Assembly: GCA_963675665.1 (NCBI GenBank)
Contig: OY776510.1
Coordinates: 1,888,001-1,952,000, forward strand
DNA length: 64,000 bases
Direction: 5' to 3'
Source of the DNA: Spirochaetia bacterium
Lineage (GTDB): Bacteria > Spirochaetota > Spirochaetia > UBA9216
This document shows positions 1-9,612 of the stretch, piece after piece. Below the pieces are notes generated by a model. It was given only the letters and a program-made list of their open reading frames with translations, did not search any database and was not told the origin of the DNA. A program made the translations under genes and the position numbers. Every line of letters starts with the position of its first letter. Within the stretch, counting starts at the first letter, position 1.

Positions 1-423
1 AGAAGTACCGACTGGGTTCTGATGGACGGTCGTGATGTAAGCGGGAGCCAGTATGAGATAGTTACCGGGAACAGTTCACTCCCGGATGCCCGCGGAACGT
101 TCCTGCGTTCAAAGAACAACGGGCGGGCGGACGGCGACGAAAACCCTGCAGGAGATCTGCCGCTTGGCACTTATGAGGCAGATCAGTTTCAGGGGCATTA
201 TCATGATTACAGCGTCACCTCGACAGCCTTAATTATTAAGGATGAACCTGAAACGTCAAGTTGGGTTGAATCAGCAGCTAATGATTCGCAGCATGTAGCA
301 TGGAACAGCTCAAATTTCAGCATAACAGCCCCTGCAACTGACGGTATCAACGGCACCCCGCGTACCGGAGACGAAACGCGTCCCAAGAGCATAACAGTTA
401 ATTTTTTTATTAAAATAAATTAG
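1..423 (+). CDS. Phage tail-collar/tail-fibre-like domain protein, C-terminal part (5' truncated by window edge)
   Basis: Frame open from base 1 (RSTDWVLMDGRDV...); collar-type motifs WVLMDG, LPDARGTFLR, QFQGHYH, RTGDETRPKSITVNFFIK. Confidence 0.7.
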   Translation, partial: RSTDWVLMDGRDVSGSQYEIVTGNSSLPDARGTFLRSKNNGRADGDENPAGDLPLGTYEADQFQGHYHDYSVTSTALIIKDEPETSSWVESAANDSQHVAWNSSNFSITAPATDGINGTPRTGDETRPKSITVNFFIKIN

Positions 424-516
424 GGGTGCAACAGGCATAATTCCTTTTCAGGCGACTTGCAATCAATAAATAATTCTCTTATCCTGTATTAAAATCCGCT
501 TGTTGAAGGAGAACCC

Positions 517-738
517 ATGTCCACAAACTGTCAAAACAAATCAAAAAACATGAAATACTGCAACTGTACCTTCCCCTGCGGTAAAAAAGGGACCTGCTGT
601 GAATGTATCAGCTACCATTGTTCTTTAGCTCAGCTGCCTGCTTGTTATTTTCCGAATGATGCGGAAAGTTCAGGCGACCGTTCAATAGAAAACTTCATCA
701 GCGTTTACCGTAAACGCGGCGCCGGATATCTAAAATAA
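517..738 (+). CDS. Small Cys-rich protein (DUF6485-like)
   Basis: CNCTFPC..KGTCCECISYH...LPACYF...DRSIENF pattern; GAAGGAG RBS. Confidence 0.7.
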   Translation: MSTNCQNKSKNMKYCNCTFPCGKKGTCCECISYHCSLAQLPACYFPNDAESSGDRSIENFISVYRKRGAGYLK

Positions 739-774
739 TTGGATATATTGTAAAAACGGTCGTAAAAGGCCTAA

Positions 775-828
775 AAACAATCAAAAAAAAGCAAAAAGCT
801 TTACAAACAATCACAAATTTGTTATGCT
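775..828 (+). promoter_or_regulatory. Sigma70-type promoter of the DeoR gene with direct repeats (candidate operator)
   Basis: TTTACA (800-805), 17 bp, TGnTATGCT (-10 at 823-828); AAACAATCA repeated at 775-783 and 805-813. Confidence 0.5.
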
Positions 829-849
829 CTAATTATCAGAGGATAATAA

Positions 850-1650
850 ATGGCTGCAAATTTGATTCCGGCCGGTCGTCGCGCGGGAATACTATCTTTT
901 ATAAAGGATAAAGGCTTTGCCAGTGTAGAAGAGCTGGCTTCCAGGTTCGAAGTGTCGGTAATAACAATAAGACGCGACCTGGATCAGCTTGAATCTGATA
1001 ATTTAATTGAGCGTACCCACGGCGGAGCAATATATACACGGCACATTGCGGTAGAATCATCATATACGGAAAAGAATTCGCAGAACCGCGAAAATAAAAA
1101 TGCAATCGGAATGCGGGCTGCAGAACTTGCTGCGCCGGGCGAAACGGTATTTGTGAACAACGGATCAACAACTCACCAGATAATCAGGGCGCTGCTTGGT
1201 ATCCGTAATATCAGGATTGTAACCAATAACATTGTTGCGGTTCTTGAGGCTGATCCGGGTCCTGATTGTGAACTGATTCTTGTCGGCGGACGATATCGTT
1301 TTAATTCAGGCTGTACAATCGGCAGTTTTGCAGAAGCTGTGATCAGACAGCTGAATGTTTCAAGGACCTTTATAGGAGCCGACGGTATCAGCCTGAAAAG
1401 CGGAATAACATCGCCGGTGGCGGAGGAAGCGGCAATCACGCGAATGATGATTGAGCATACGGCCGGAGAGATTACCATAGCGGCCGACAGCTCAAAGATT
1501 GGAAAGATATCAACGTTTTTTATTTCATCACTTAAAAGTATAGACAACCTGGTAACGGATAACGATTTTGATGAAAAATACAGACCGGACTTTGAAGAAG
1601 CAGGAATTAAAATAATAACAACAGGGAATGAAAAAATTACTTCAATGTAA
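850..1650 (+). CDS. DeoR/GlpR family transcriptional regulator
   Basis: N-terminal HTH VS..TIRRDL..LE, RTHGGA; C-terminal sensor with GSTT, VTNN, ADSSK. Confidence 0.95.
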   Translation: MAANLIPAGRRAGILSFIKDKGFASVEELASRFEVSVITIRRDLDQLESDNLIERTHGGAIYTRHIAVESSYTEKNSQNRENKNAIGMRAAELAAPGETVFVNNGSTTHQIIRALLGIRNIRIVTNNIVAVLEADPGPDCELILVGGRYRFNSGCTIGSFAEAVIRQLNVSRTFIGADGISLKSGITSPVAEEAAITRMMIEHTAGEITIAADSSKIGKISTFFISSLKSIDNLVTDNDFDEKYRPDFEEAGIKIITTGNEKITSM

Positions 1651-1681
1651 TTTTTTCATTCACCCTGCCCATCGTGGCAGG
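1626..1681. repeat. Perfect 15-bp palindrome overlapping the DeoR stop, followed by a short GC hairpin
   Basis: GAATGAAAAAATTAC-TTCAAT-GTAATTTTTTCATTC (1626-1661); CCTGCC-CATCGT-GGCAGG (1664-1681). Confidence 0.85.
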
Positions 1682-1702
1682 AATATTTTATAGGAGTGTA
1701 AA

Positions 1703-2830
1703 ATGGCGTATCAGGACCAGTACAAAGACTGCAAATGGGTTGATTTTGAAATTATGGAAAGTTTCATGAAGGACTGTCTCGTTAAAAGCGGAGTGCCTGC
1801 AGATGATGCCGAGGTTGTATCGGACGTTCTTATCGAATCCGATAAACGCGGTATTGATTCCCATGGTATAGGAAGGCTTAAACCCATCTACATAGACAGA
1901 ATCGACTGGGGTATTCTTAACCCGGTTACGAAGATTGATACCGTAAAGGAAACTGCCACAACAGCTGTTATCGACGGTAACAACGGAATGGGTCATGTTG
2001 TCTCAAAGAAAGCGATGCAGACGGCAATCGACAAGGCAAAAGAGCACGGCATGGGCATGGTTGCGGTCAGAAACTCCACGCATTACGGAATTGCCGGGTA
2101 TTACTCATTGATGGCATGCAAGGCGGGAATGATCGGTATTACCGGCACAAATGCGCGACCTTCAATAGCTCCGACTTTCGGCGTTGAAAATATGCTCGGG
2201 ACCAATCCGTTGACAATTGGTTTCCCGACCGACGAAGAGTTTCCGTTTGTACTTGACTGTGCAACCTCCGTGTCCCAGCGCGGCAAGATTGAGATGTACA
2301 GCCGTGCCGGAAAGGAACTTCCTCCGGGATGGGTAATAGGCCGTGACGGAACTGCCCGAACTGATACGGATCAGATACTTGTGGATCTTACAAAAGGACA
2401 GGCTGCTCTGGCTCCTCTCGGCGGTCTGGGAGAAAGTACCGCCGGATTTAAAGGTTTCGGATATGCTACCGTAGTCGAGGTCCTTTCGGCAGCGCTGCAG
2501 GGCGGATCTTTTCTGAAAGATTTGAACGGGTTTGATGAAAAAGGCAACCGGATCCCTTATCCGCTGGGTCATTTTTTCATAGCTATTAATATAGATGCTT
2601 TTCTCGGTATTGATATATTCAAAAAGATTGCCGGAACGATAATGAGAGACCTTCGTAATTCAGAAAAGGCTCCCGGCGAAGAAAGAATATATACAGCCGG
2701 AGAAAAGGAATGGATCGCGTGGAATTACCGAAGGGAGCACGGCTGCCCGGTTCCTGAAGTACTGCAGAAGCAGATGATTGAACTTCGCGACCGCTGGGAT
2801 CTGGATTACAAATTTGAATGGGATAATTAG
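1703..2830 (+). CDS. Ldh_2 family (malate/L-lactate) oxidoreductase
   Basis: RGIDSHG, VRNSTHYG, GTNPL, LDCATS, KGFG motifs; upstream of malic enzyme. Confidence 0.9.
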   Translation: MAYQDQYKDCKWVDFEIMESFMKDCLVKSGVPADDAEVVSDVLIESDKRGIDSHGIGRLKPIYIDRIDWGILNPVTKIDTVKETATTAVIDGNNGMGHVVSKKAMQTAIDKAKEHGMGMVAVRNSTHYGIAGYYSLMACKAGMIGITGTNARPSIAPTFGVENMLGTNPLTIGFPTDEEFPFVLDCATSVSQRGKIEMYSRAGKELPPGWVIGRDGTARTDTDQILVDLTKGQAALAPLGGLGESTAGFKGFGYATVVEVLSAALQGGSFLKDLNGFDEKGNRIPYPLGHFFIAINIDAFLGIDIFKKIAGTIMRDLRNSEKAPGEERIYTAGEKEWIAWNYRREHGCPVPEVLQKQMIELRDRWDLDYKFEWDN

Positions 2831-2917
2831 ATAAGTACATCCGTGTACTTATCTAATTTTGAAGTTTATAAGGCAATGCCTTATAAACTTCATTACTAAA
2901 AACCGCCATCCATGGCG
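2825..2917. repeat. Two back-to-back perfect palindromes (15 and 16 bp arms) plus a small GC hairpin
   Basis: AATTAGATAAGTACA-TCCG-TGTACTTATCTAATT (2825-2858); TGAAGTTTATAAGGCA-A-TGCCTTATAAACTTCA (2860-2892); CGCCAT-CC-ATGGCG (2904-2917). Confidence 0.9.
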
Positions 2918-2936
2918 AATAATCAGGAATACTATT

Positions 2937-4220
2937 ATGGACGAACTGAAAGAGAAAGCATTGAAATATCACAGCGCCGGGGGCAGGGCCGGAAAAATTG
3001 AGGTAGTGCCGACAAAACCGTGTGTTACCGCCGAGGATCTTTCGCTGGCGTATACGCCCGGAGTTGCGAAACCTGTACTTGAAATTGCGGAGAACCCGGA
3101 AGATGCCTATAAATATACTGCCAGGGGCAACCTTGTTGCTGTTGTATCGAACGGCACAGCAATTCTTGGTCTGGGCAACCGGGGCGCGTTGGCTTCAAAG
3201 CCGGTAATGGAAGGGAAGGGCGTTCTGTTTAAAAGGTTTGCAGATATTGATGTTTTTGATATTGAACTCGATACGGAAGACCCCGAAAAAATAGTTAATA
3301 TCGTTAAAACAATGGAGCCTACATTCGGGGGAATTAATCTCGAAGACATCAAGGCCCCTGAATGTTTTGAGATTGAGAAGAAACTTATTGAAATCTGCGA
3401 TATTCCCGTATTTCATGATGATCAGCACGGTACGGCAATAATCTGTACGGCGGGGCTTCTGAATGCCTGTGAAGTGACGGGAAAGGCGCTTGATCAGGTG
3501 AAGGTTGTTTTCAACGGTGCGGGGGCAGCCGGAATAAGCTGCGCCCTGATGTTTCTTTCCGCCGGGGTGAGAAAAGAGAACCTTCTGATGTGCGACAGCC
3601 GCGGTGTTATCCAAAAGGGACGGGAAGGCCGGCTGACGCCGCAGAAAGCCCAATTTGCAGCGGACACGGATGCGCGGACGCTTGCGGATGCCATGAAAGG
3701 CGCGGATGTTTTCGTAGGGCTTTCCACAGCCGATGTTGTATCGCCCGAAATGCTGTTAAGCATGGCGGCCGATCCGGTAGTTTTCGCCATGGCCAACCCG
3801 AACCCTGAAATAGAATACGAACTTGCCGTGGCAACCCGTTCCGACCTGATTATGGCAACCGGACGGAGCGATTATCCCAACCAGGTGAATAACGTCCTCG
3901 GGTTTCCGTTTATATTCCGAGGCGCCATGGATGTGAAAGCGAAAAAAATCTCCGAGGGAATGAAGATGGCGGCGGCCAGAGCGCTTGCCGGTCTGGCTAA
4001 AGAACCCGTTCCCGACGAAGTTCGTTCCGCATACGGACGTGATTTCAGTTTCGGCAGGGAATACATTGTTCCGAAACCGTTTGACCCCCGGGTAATAGAA
4101 TGGGAAGCGGTAGCGGTTGCGAAGGCCGCCTGTGATGAAGGTCTTGCCGCCGCGCCCGTTACCGACTGGGATGCCTACCGTTCCGCATTGAAAGCGCGAA
4201 TGAAGCGTTACTGGACGTAG
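2937..4220 (+). CDS. NAD(P)-dependent malic enzyme (no PTA domain)
   Basis: [45 protein letters not shown]; start moved to ATG 2937 (upstream ORF extension is palindrome sequence). Confidence 0.95.
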   Translation: MDELKEKALKYHSAGGRAGKIEVVPTKPCVTAEDLSLAYTPGVAKPVLEIAENPEDAYKYTARGNLVAVVSNGTAILGLGNRGALASKPVMEGKGVLFKRFADIDVFDIELDTEDPEKIVNIVKTMEPTFGGINLEDIKAPECFEIEKKLIEICDIPVFHDDQHGTAIICTAGLLNACEVTGKALDQVKVVFNGAGAAGISCALMFLSAGVRKENLLMCDSRGVIQKGREGRLTPQKAQFAADTDARTLADAMKGADVFVGLSTADVVSPEMLLSMAADPVVFAMANPNPEIEYELAVATRSDLIMATGRSDYPNQVNNVLGFPFIFRGAMDVKAKKISEGMKMAAARALAGLAKEPVPDEVRSAYGRDFSFGREYIVPKPFDPRVIEWEAVAVAKAACDEGLAAAPVTDWDAYRSALKARMKRYWT

Positions 4221-4401
4221 TTTTAACGCCTCGGGCGGTTATAGCTGATAATACAGAATGATTTAGCCCGTGGTTAATAATTTTTTATTTTTATTGTAAT
4301 GTTGAATGTATGATCTCTTTGTTCGCGAATTGTTTACCTTGACTATGGCTGCTTAAAAATGTTATTTTTGTCCAAATCTATTAATAATAAGGACGGTTTT
4401 A

Positions 4402-4782
4402 ATGAATGTAATCACGGGTAATTTGCCCTTAATGCAGCTGTTCGGCGGCAGTGGCGGCGGTTCAATGTCCACCACATTTATTACATTTGGTCTTGTTATT
4501 GCGATCTTTTATTTTCTGATTATCAGACCGCAGAACAAGAAGCAGAAGAAGACGAAACAGATGCTTTCGGCGCTCAAAAAGGGAGACAGGGTTCAGTCTA
4601 TCGGCGGGATTCGCGGTGTTGTTCAGAATGTAAGCGATGATTCAGTTGTAGTCAAGGTAGACGACAACACAAAGATTGAGTTTGCAAAGAGTGCGATAGG
4701 TGAAGTTCTCGAAGTCAGCGCAGAGCCCAGAAAAGTTGAAAAAGAATCTGAAAAGACTTCAGAAGAGAGCAAAACAGAATAA
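4402..4782 (+). CDS. yajC: Preprotein translocase subunit YajC
   Basis: FYFLIIRPQ..., LKKGDRV.SIGGI; upstream of secD. Confidence 0.95.
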   Translation: MNVITGNLPLMQLFGGSGGGSMSTTFITFGLVIAIFYFLIIRPQNKKQKKTKQMLSALKKGDRVQSIGGIRGVVQNVSDDSVVVKVDDNTKIEFAKSAIGEVLEVSAEPRKVEKESEKTSEESKTE

Positions 4783-4833
4783 CCAGTCGATTGTAATTCG
4801 ATATACAAAATATTCCATATTCGGAGATATCCA

Positions 4834-6561
4834 ATGAGCAAACGTAGCAGATTGTTGATCGTTCTTGTGGTTGTGATTGTCTGCGGAGTTTTTTTATGGC
4901 CTACTTATAACTGGTATTTCAATGTACCGCAGGATATGAAAGACCTCTCAGCTGCATCACGAGAACAAATTAGAGAATACTCAGTTACCATGGCTGAGAA
5001 TGATCTTGAAGAACTCCAAACCCTTGCGGTAAAGGAGCCTGACTCAGTTATTTCTGCAAAGTATAAATTTTTAATTGATTATGCAGAAGAGCAGTATAAG
5101 ATAGAGGATAAGGACGCCCCGCCTGAGTGGAGCGTCAAAGATGTTCTGGCTACTTTTAATAACAGGGATAAAGCCCTGCGTACTATCGAGGAGTATTATG
5201 GTGATCTTCTTCTCGGTTACAAGGAAGACAGAGATAATGTCCTTCAGTTAGGTCTTGACCTTTCCGGAGGTATGAGCATTCTGCTGGAAGCAGATATGGA
5301 TAGTCTGGAAAAAAGACTTAATCATCCGCCGACCGCAGATGAACAATCCGCCGCCGTCAGCCAGGCCATAGAAATTCTTAATAACAGAATTGACAAGTTC
5401 GGTGTTACCGAGCCGCAGATCAGAAAGCAGGGCGATACCGAGATTGCAATCGAAATTCCCGGTGCTGCTGACCCCGACAGGGTTAATTCGTTTCTGAGAG
5501 GCAAGGGCAGCCTTAATTTTCATATTGTAAATGATGAAGGAACCGCTGCCTGGAACAGTTACAAGGACTCAAATGCAGGCAAGCTTCTTGATGATAACGG
5601 CAGACCCTTTGATGAAGAAGTTCTTGATGCCGGTCTTGTAGTACGCGGGTTCTATAACAAGGATTCCTACGGTGTGGATCAGTACCTGAGAGACCTGGTT
5701 GTTTATGAAGAACCAGGGCTGGACGGAGTTCATATTGTAAACGCGCAGGTCGGTTCAGACCCGGTTACAGGACGTCCGGTCATTAATTTTACTCTTGACC
5801 GTGAAGGCGGAGAAATATTCTATCAGCTTACATCTGCTCACGTAGGAGAGACTCTTGCGATTGTTCTGGATGATAAAATCAAGGCGGGCGCGAGAATCTC
5901 CGAAGCTATACGCGAAAGTGTAAGAATGTCCGGTTTTGAGAGAACGGAAGCAAACGAACTGGCGCTTGTTTTGCGTACAGCTGCAATGCCCGTTGATCTG
6001 AATGTTGTTAACCAGCAGTCTGTCGGCGCATCATTGGGTGAAGATTCAATCCAGGAAGGGCTTAAATCTATAACAATAGGGTTCCTTCTGGTAATAGTCT
6101 TCATGCTTGTTTATTATAAGGGCGCCGGTCTCGTAGCCGATATTGCGCTGGCACTCAACCTGGTTTTTATTATTTCAATTCTTTCGGTATTTAATCTTAC
6201 CCTTACCCTGACCAGTATTGCGGGTCTCATTTTAACTGTCGGTATGGCCGTGGATGCGAATGTAATTATTTTTGAAAGAATCAAGGAAGAGTACAAGCTG
6301 GGTAAATCGGTTGAAGCTTCAGTGAAAGCAGGTTTCTCAAAAGCGTTCTGGACTGTTATGGACGCTAACCTGACAACCCTTATTGCCGCGCTCTTCCTCT
6401 CACAGATTGGAACAGGTCCGGTTCAGGGATTCGCTTATACTCTTGCCGTAGGTATAGTTTCATCAATGTTCACAGCTCTTTTCGTTTCAAGACTGCTGTT
6501 TGATTTCAGTACCCAGCAGTTGAAAATCAAGAAGCTGAGTATCGGCTGGAGGATTAAATAA
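4834..6561 (+). CDS. secD: Protein translocase subunit SecD
   Basis: LGLDLSGG, RIDKFGVTEP, GMAVDANVIIFERIKEE, 6 TM segments. Confidence 0.97.
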   Translation: MSKRSRLLIVLVVVIVCGVFLWPTYNWYFNVPQDMKDLSAASREQIREYSVTMAENDLEELQTLAVKEPDSVISAKYKFLIDYAEEQYKIEDKDAPPEWSVKDVLATFNNRDKALRTIEEYYGDLLLGYKEDRDNVLQLGLDLSGGMSILLEADMDSLEKRLNHPPTADEQSAAVSQAIEILNNRIDKFGVTEPQIRKQGDTEIAIEIPGAADPDRVNSFLRGKGSLNFHIVNDEGTAAWNSYKDSNAGKLLDDNGRPFDEEVLDAGLVVRGFYNKDSYGVDQYLRDLVVYEEPGLDGVHIVNAQVGSDPVTGRPVINFTLDREGGEIFYQLTSAHVGETLAIVLDDKIKAGARISEAIRESVRMSGFERTEANELALVLRTAAMPVDLNVVNQQSVGASLGEDSIQEGLKSITIGFLLVIVFMLVYYKGAGLVADIALALNLVFIISILSVFNLTLTLTSIAGLILTVGMAVDANVIIFERIKEEYKLGKSVEASVKAGFSKAFWTVMDANLTTLIAALFLSQIGTGPVQGFAYTLAVGIVSSMFTALFVSRLLFDFSTQQLKIKKLSIGWRIK

Positions 6562-7898
6562 TGAAACGAGTTATTAATTTTACCAAAATCAGGTTTATTA
6601 TGTTCGCAGTTTCGGCAGTGCTGATAATTGCCGGTATAGTGGGCACAATTGCCATGGGCGGATGGAACCTCGGTATCGATTTTCAGTCGGGATTAAGTCA
6701 GAGAATTCAGATAGCTCCTGTAGCAATGGAAGTATCATATATAGGTGATGAAGAGGTTCGTTTTAATATTCTTAACGGTGAAGCCGGCATTGATGTCTTT
6801 ACCAATGACGGAAAAACGGAATCTTATAAATATGTACTTGCCGATTATGAAGATACGGCTGACCTGATGCAGGCAATGATGGAAATTCCATCTCTTACAA
6901 TTAATCTTGTTGCCGGTGATGCTCCGGCGGAAAAACTTCTGTCACTTGCCTTTCTTGTCGATTTAAGCGAGGAAACTGCAATTGTAAATTATACAAATGC
7001 TGGATCGGCGACATATATCGAGATTGATGAAATAAGAGATGTTTTATCAGACGTCGGAGAGCCGCAGATACAGGTTGTAGGCAGTGCTGATGAACAGGAA
7101 TTCCTTGTCAGGCTTGAAGACGACGGTTCAAAGAATTTCAGTGAAACTGTTGCAGCAAAGATTTTAAATCTGCTTGAATCGGAATACGGTAAAGGCGCAG
7201 TGATAGTAAAACAGTCCGATTATGTCGGTCCGCGCTTTTCTTCCGATCTCGGGCGTTCCGTTATTCTTCTTGTAGGACTTGCTCTCGCGTTGATTCTTCT
7301 CTATATCTGGATTAGATTTGAGCTTGCTTTTGCCGTATCCGCCATTATCGCGCTGGCGCACGATGTGGCTTTGCTGTTGGGTTTTATCGGTATTACGCAG
7401 ATGGAGGTTGTTACTGCAACCGTTGCTGCAGTGCTGACAATTGTAGGTTATTCACTTAATGATACTATCGTTGTATTCGACAGAATCAGGGAAAACCGTT
7501 CGCTCATGAGGGATTCTGATCTTAAAACCATTATCAATACGAGTATAACCCAGTCTCTCAGCCGAACCCTGATAACATCAATCACTACATTGCTTGCTGT
7601 TCTGGCTATTTATATTTTTGCAACCGGACAGATTAGGGATTTTGCTCTTGCAATGATAGTAGGTGTTGTTATAGGTACGTACTCTTCTATCTTCATTGCT
7701 TCTCCGGTTCTTCTTGGATGGATTAATACAAGAAGAAGCAGAAAGCTGTCAAAGGACAATTTAAAGTACGGGAAACCGGCTGCTGTAAAGAAAATTGAAG
7801 AAAAAGTTGAGGAAAAAAACGAAGAAGAACGTTCAGCCAAGATCGTTGAAATACCTTCAGCTGAAAGAAAGAAAAAAGGCAAAAGAAAGAAAAAATAA
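6561..7898 (+). CDS. secF: Protein translocase subunit SecF
   Basis: NLGIDF, VGP, GYSLNDTIVVFDRIRE, SRTLITS, GTYSSIFIA. Confidence 0.97.
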   Translation: MKRVINFTKIRFIMFAVSAVLIIAGIVGTIAMGGWNLGIDFQSGLSQRIQIAPVAMEVSYIGDEEVRFNILNGEAGIDVFTNDGKTESYKYVLADYEDTADLMQAMMEIPSLTINLVAGDAPAEKLLSLAFLVDLSEETAIVNYTNAGSATYIEIDEIRDVLSDVGEPQIQVVGSADEQEFLVRLEDDGSKNFSETVAAKILNLLESEYGKGAVIVKQSDYVGPRFSSDLGRSVILLVGLALALILLYIWIRFELAFAVSAIIALAHDVALLLGFIGITQMEVVTATVAAVLTIVGYSLNDTIVVFDRIRENRSLMRDSDLKTIINTSITQSLSRTLITSITTLLAVLAIYIFATGQIRDFALAMIVGVVIGTYSSIFIASPVLLGWINTRRSRKLSKDNLKYGKPAAVKKIEEKVEEKNEEERSAKIVEIPSAERKKKGKRKKK

Positions 7899-7919
7899 TT
7901 AATACGATAATTAATTTTC

Positions 7920-7953
7920 AGCCTGTCGGGGTAATACTCTGACAGGCTTTTTT
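7920..7953 (+). terminator. Rho-independent terminator after secF
   Basis: AGCCTGTC...GACAGGCT stem followed by a T run. Confidence 0.8.
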
Positions 7954-7986
7954 CTGCTCCTTTTGAAATCATGTCTTATATGCCCA

Positions 7987-8001
7987 ATGTTACGGTAACA
8001 T
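7987..8001. promoter_or_regulatory. Palindromic candidate operator upstream of the NhaC-family gene
   Basis: ATGTTAC-G-GTAACAT perfect inverted repeat in the intergenic region. Confidence 0.4.
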
Positions 8002-8077
8002 CTGATATGTAACTCTCCATAATATCCATTCCGGTTTAATATTATATGATATTTCATATATTGAAGAGGAGAATTGA

Positions 8078-9562
8078 ATGAGTGTAGACATGAAGGAAAA
8101 GACCGGTATGGGTACCAGTAAGCGTATTCTAATCGGTCTTGGGCTTGTGGTTATCATTGTATTGGCACTGGTAATGTTCACGCCCGAAACACAGGAAGGT
8201 GATTACGGTGTAATCTCCGTTATTCCGGCGGTATTTCTATTGATTTATATCTTCTGGACAAAGCGAATTCTTGAATCGTTGATCTTTGCTACTGTGCTGG
8301 GCCTTGTCATTGTTCACAAGGGCGGATTTTTCAGCGCCTTCATGGACAGCCTGCTTGGCATCGGAATGGAAGAAGATACTGTCTGGTTGTTTGTTGTTTG
8401 CGGTTTGATGGGAAGCATCATTGCTCTCATTGAGATTTCCGGCGGTGCGCATGCGTTTGGAGACTGGGTTTCTAAACGTGCAAAAACACGAAAAAGCACG
8501 CTGATGTGGACATGGGTTTTAGGTGTTGCCATTTTTATAGACGATTACCTGAATTCTCTTACTGTCGGTTCATGTATGGCTCCGGTAACTGATAAACACA
8601 AGGTTTCACGGGAGTTTCTTTCCTACATAGTTGACAGTACTGCAGCACCGGCTTGTGTTATTGTTCCAATCACGACATGGGCTGTTTTCGCCGGAGGCTT
8701 GCTTGAGATTAACGGTTGGGCTCCGGATGGTGAAGGGCTTGCCTATTTTATTAAAACTATTCCGTTTAATTTCTACGGCTGGATTGCCCTGATTGTTGTG
8801 CCCCTGGTTATTCTGGGTATCATACCGGTATTCGGACCCATGAAAAAGGCTGAAAAGAGAGCGCAGGAAACAGGTGTGCTTGCTCCTGAAGGTTCTGAGA
8901 AAATCGACATCTCTTCCGGTATCGAAAACATCAAGCTTCCGAGCAATGCCAGGATTATAAACTTCTTCCTCCCGATTATCGTTCTCCTTGTTGCTACAAT
9001 AGCCACCGGAACGGACATGATGATGGGTGTAGTTATCACGCTTGCGTTTATGGCCCTTCTCTATATTCCCCAGAAACTGCTTACAGCAGAAGAATTTGCA
9101 AACGAGTCGGTCAGAGGATTCAAGAACATGCTTTATCCCCTGTTTCTGATGTACCTTGCATTCATGTTTGCCGATATGAATACCCAGATTGGTTTCACAA
9201 AATTCATGATTGAAACAGGAACCCCGCTGATGTCTCCGCAGACACTGCCGTTGGTTCTTTTTGTACTTCTTTCCATTCAGCAGTTCATAACCGGAACAAA
9301 CTGGGGTATGTACATTATTGCACTTCCGATAGTTATTCCTCTGGCAATGAATGTAGGGGCGAATATGCCTCTTGCTGTTGGCGCAGTTCTTTCTGCCGGC
9401 GTATTCGGCAGCCATATATGTTTCTATTCAGATGCTACGGTTCTTACTTCTGCTGCATGCGGGTGTGACAATTTCAGACACGCATGGACCCAGATGCCGT
9501 TCGGTCTTCTTGCTGCCGGCATTTCTGCTGTTGCTTTCGCAATTGCCGGATTTGTTGTCTAA
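8078..9562 (+). CDS. Na+/H+ antiporter NhaC-family (amino acid/organic solute) transporter
   Basis: FIDDYLNSL, SREFLSYIVDSTAAP, FITGTNWG, GVFGSH...SD motifs; many TM segments. Confidence 0.85.
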   Translation: MSVDMKEKTGMGTSKRILIGLGLVVIIVLALVMFTPETQEGDYGVISVIPAVFLLIYIFWTKRILESLIFATVLGLVIVHKGGFFSAFMDSLLGIGMEEDTVWLFVVCGLMGSIIALIEISGGAHAFGDWVSKRAKTRKSTLMWTWVLGVAIFIDDYLNSLTVGSCMAPVTDKHKVSREFLSYIVDSTAAPACVIVPITTWAVFAGGLLEINGWAPDGEGLAYFIKTIPFNFYGWIALIVVPLVILGIIPVFGPMKKAEKRAQETGVLAPEGSEKIDISSGIENIKLPSNARIINFFLPIIVLLVATIATGTDMMMGVVITLAFMALLYIPQKLLTAEEFANESVRGFKNMLYPLFLMYLAFMFADMNTQIGFTKFMIETGTPLMSPQTLPLVLFVLLSIQQFITGTNWGMYIIALPIVIPLAMNVGANMPLAVGAVLSAGVFGSHICFYSDATVLTSAACGCDNFRHAWTQMPFGLLAAGISAVAFAIAGFVV

Positions 9563-9581
9563 GTTAAATTATATGATCTTC

Positions 9582-9611
9582 ATACCGTCTCTGATTTTTC
9601 AGAGACGGTAT
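9582..9611. terminator. Probable bidirectional terminator between convergent genes
   Basis: ATACCGTCTCTGA-TTTT-TCAGAGACGGTAT 13-bp stem. Confidence 0.7.
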
Positions 9612-9612
9612 A

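Noticed and set aside
2859-2936. 26-aa N-terminal extension of malic enzyme in the ORF track
   Set aside because: It is a translation of the palindrome cluster; the family N-terminus and an AGGA RBS fit ATG 2937.
8606-9415. Long antisense ORFs (also 35077-35763, 45716-46372, 47024-47671, 54015-54713, 37877-38260)
   Set aside because: They lie opposite well-supported genes and show no recognisable motifs; treated as shadow ORFs.
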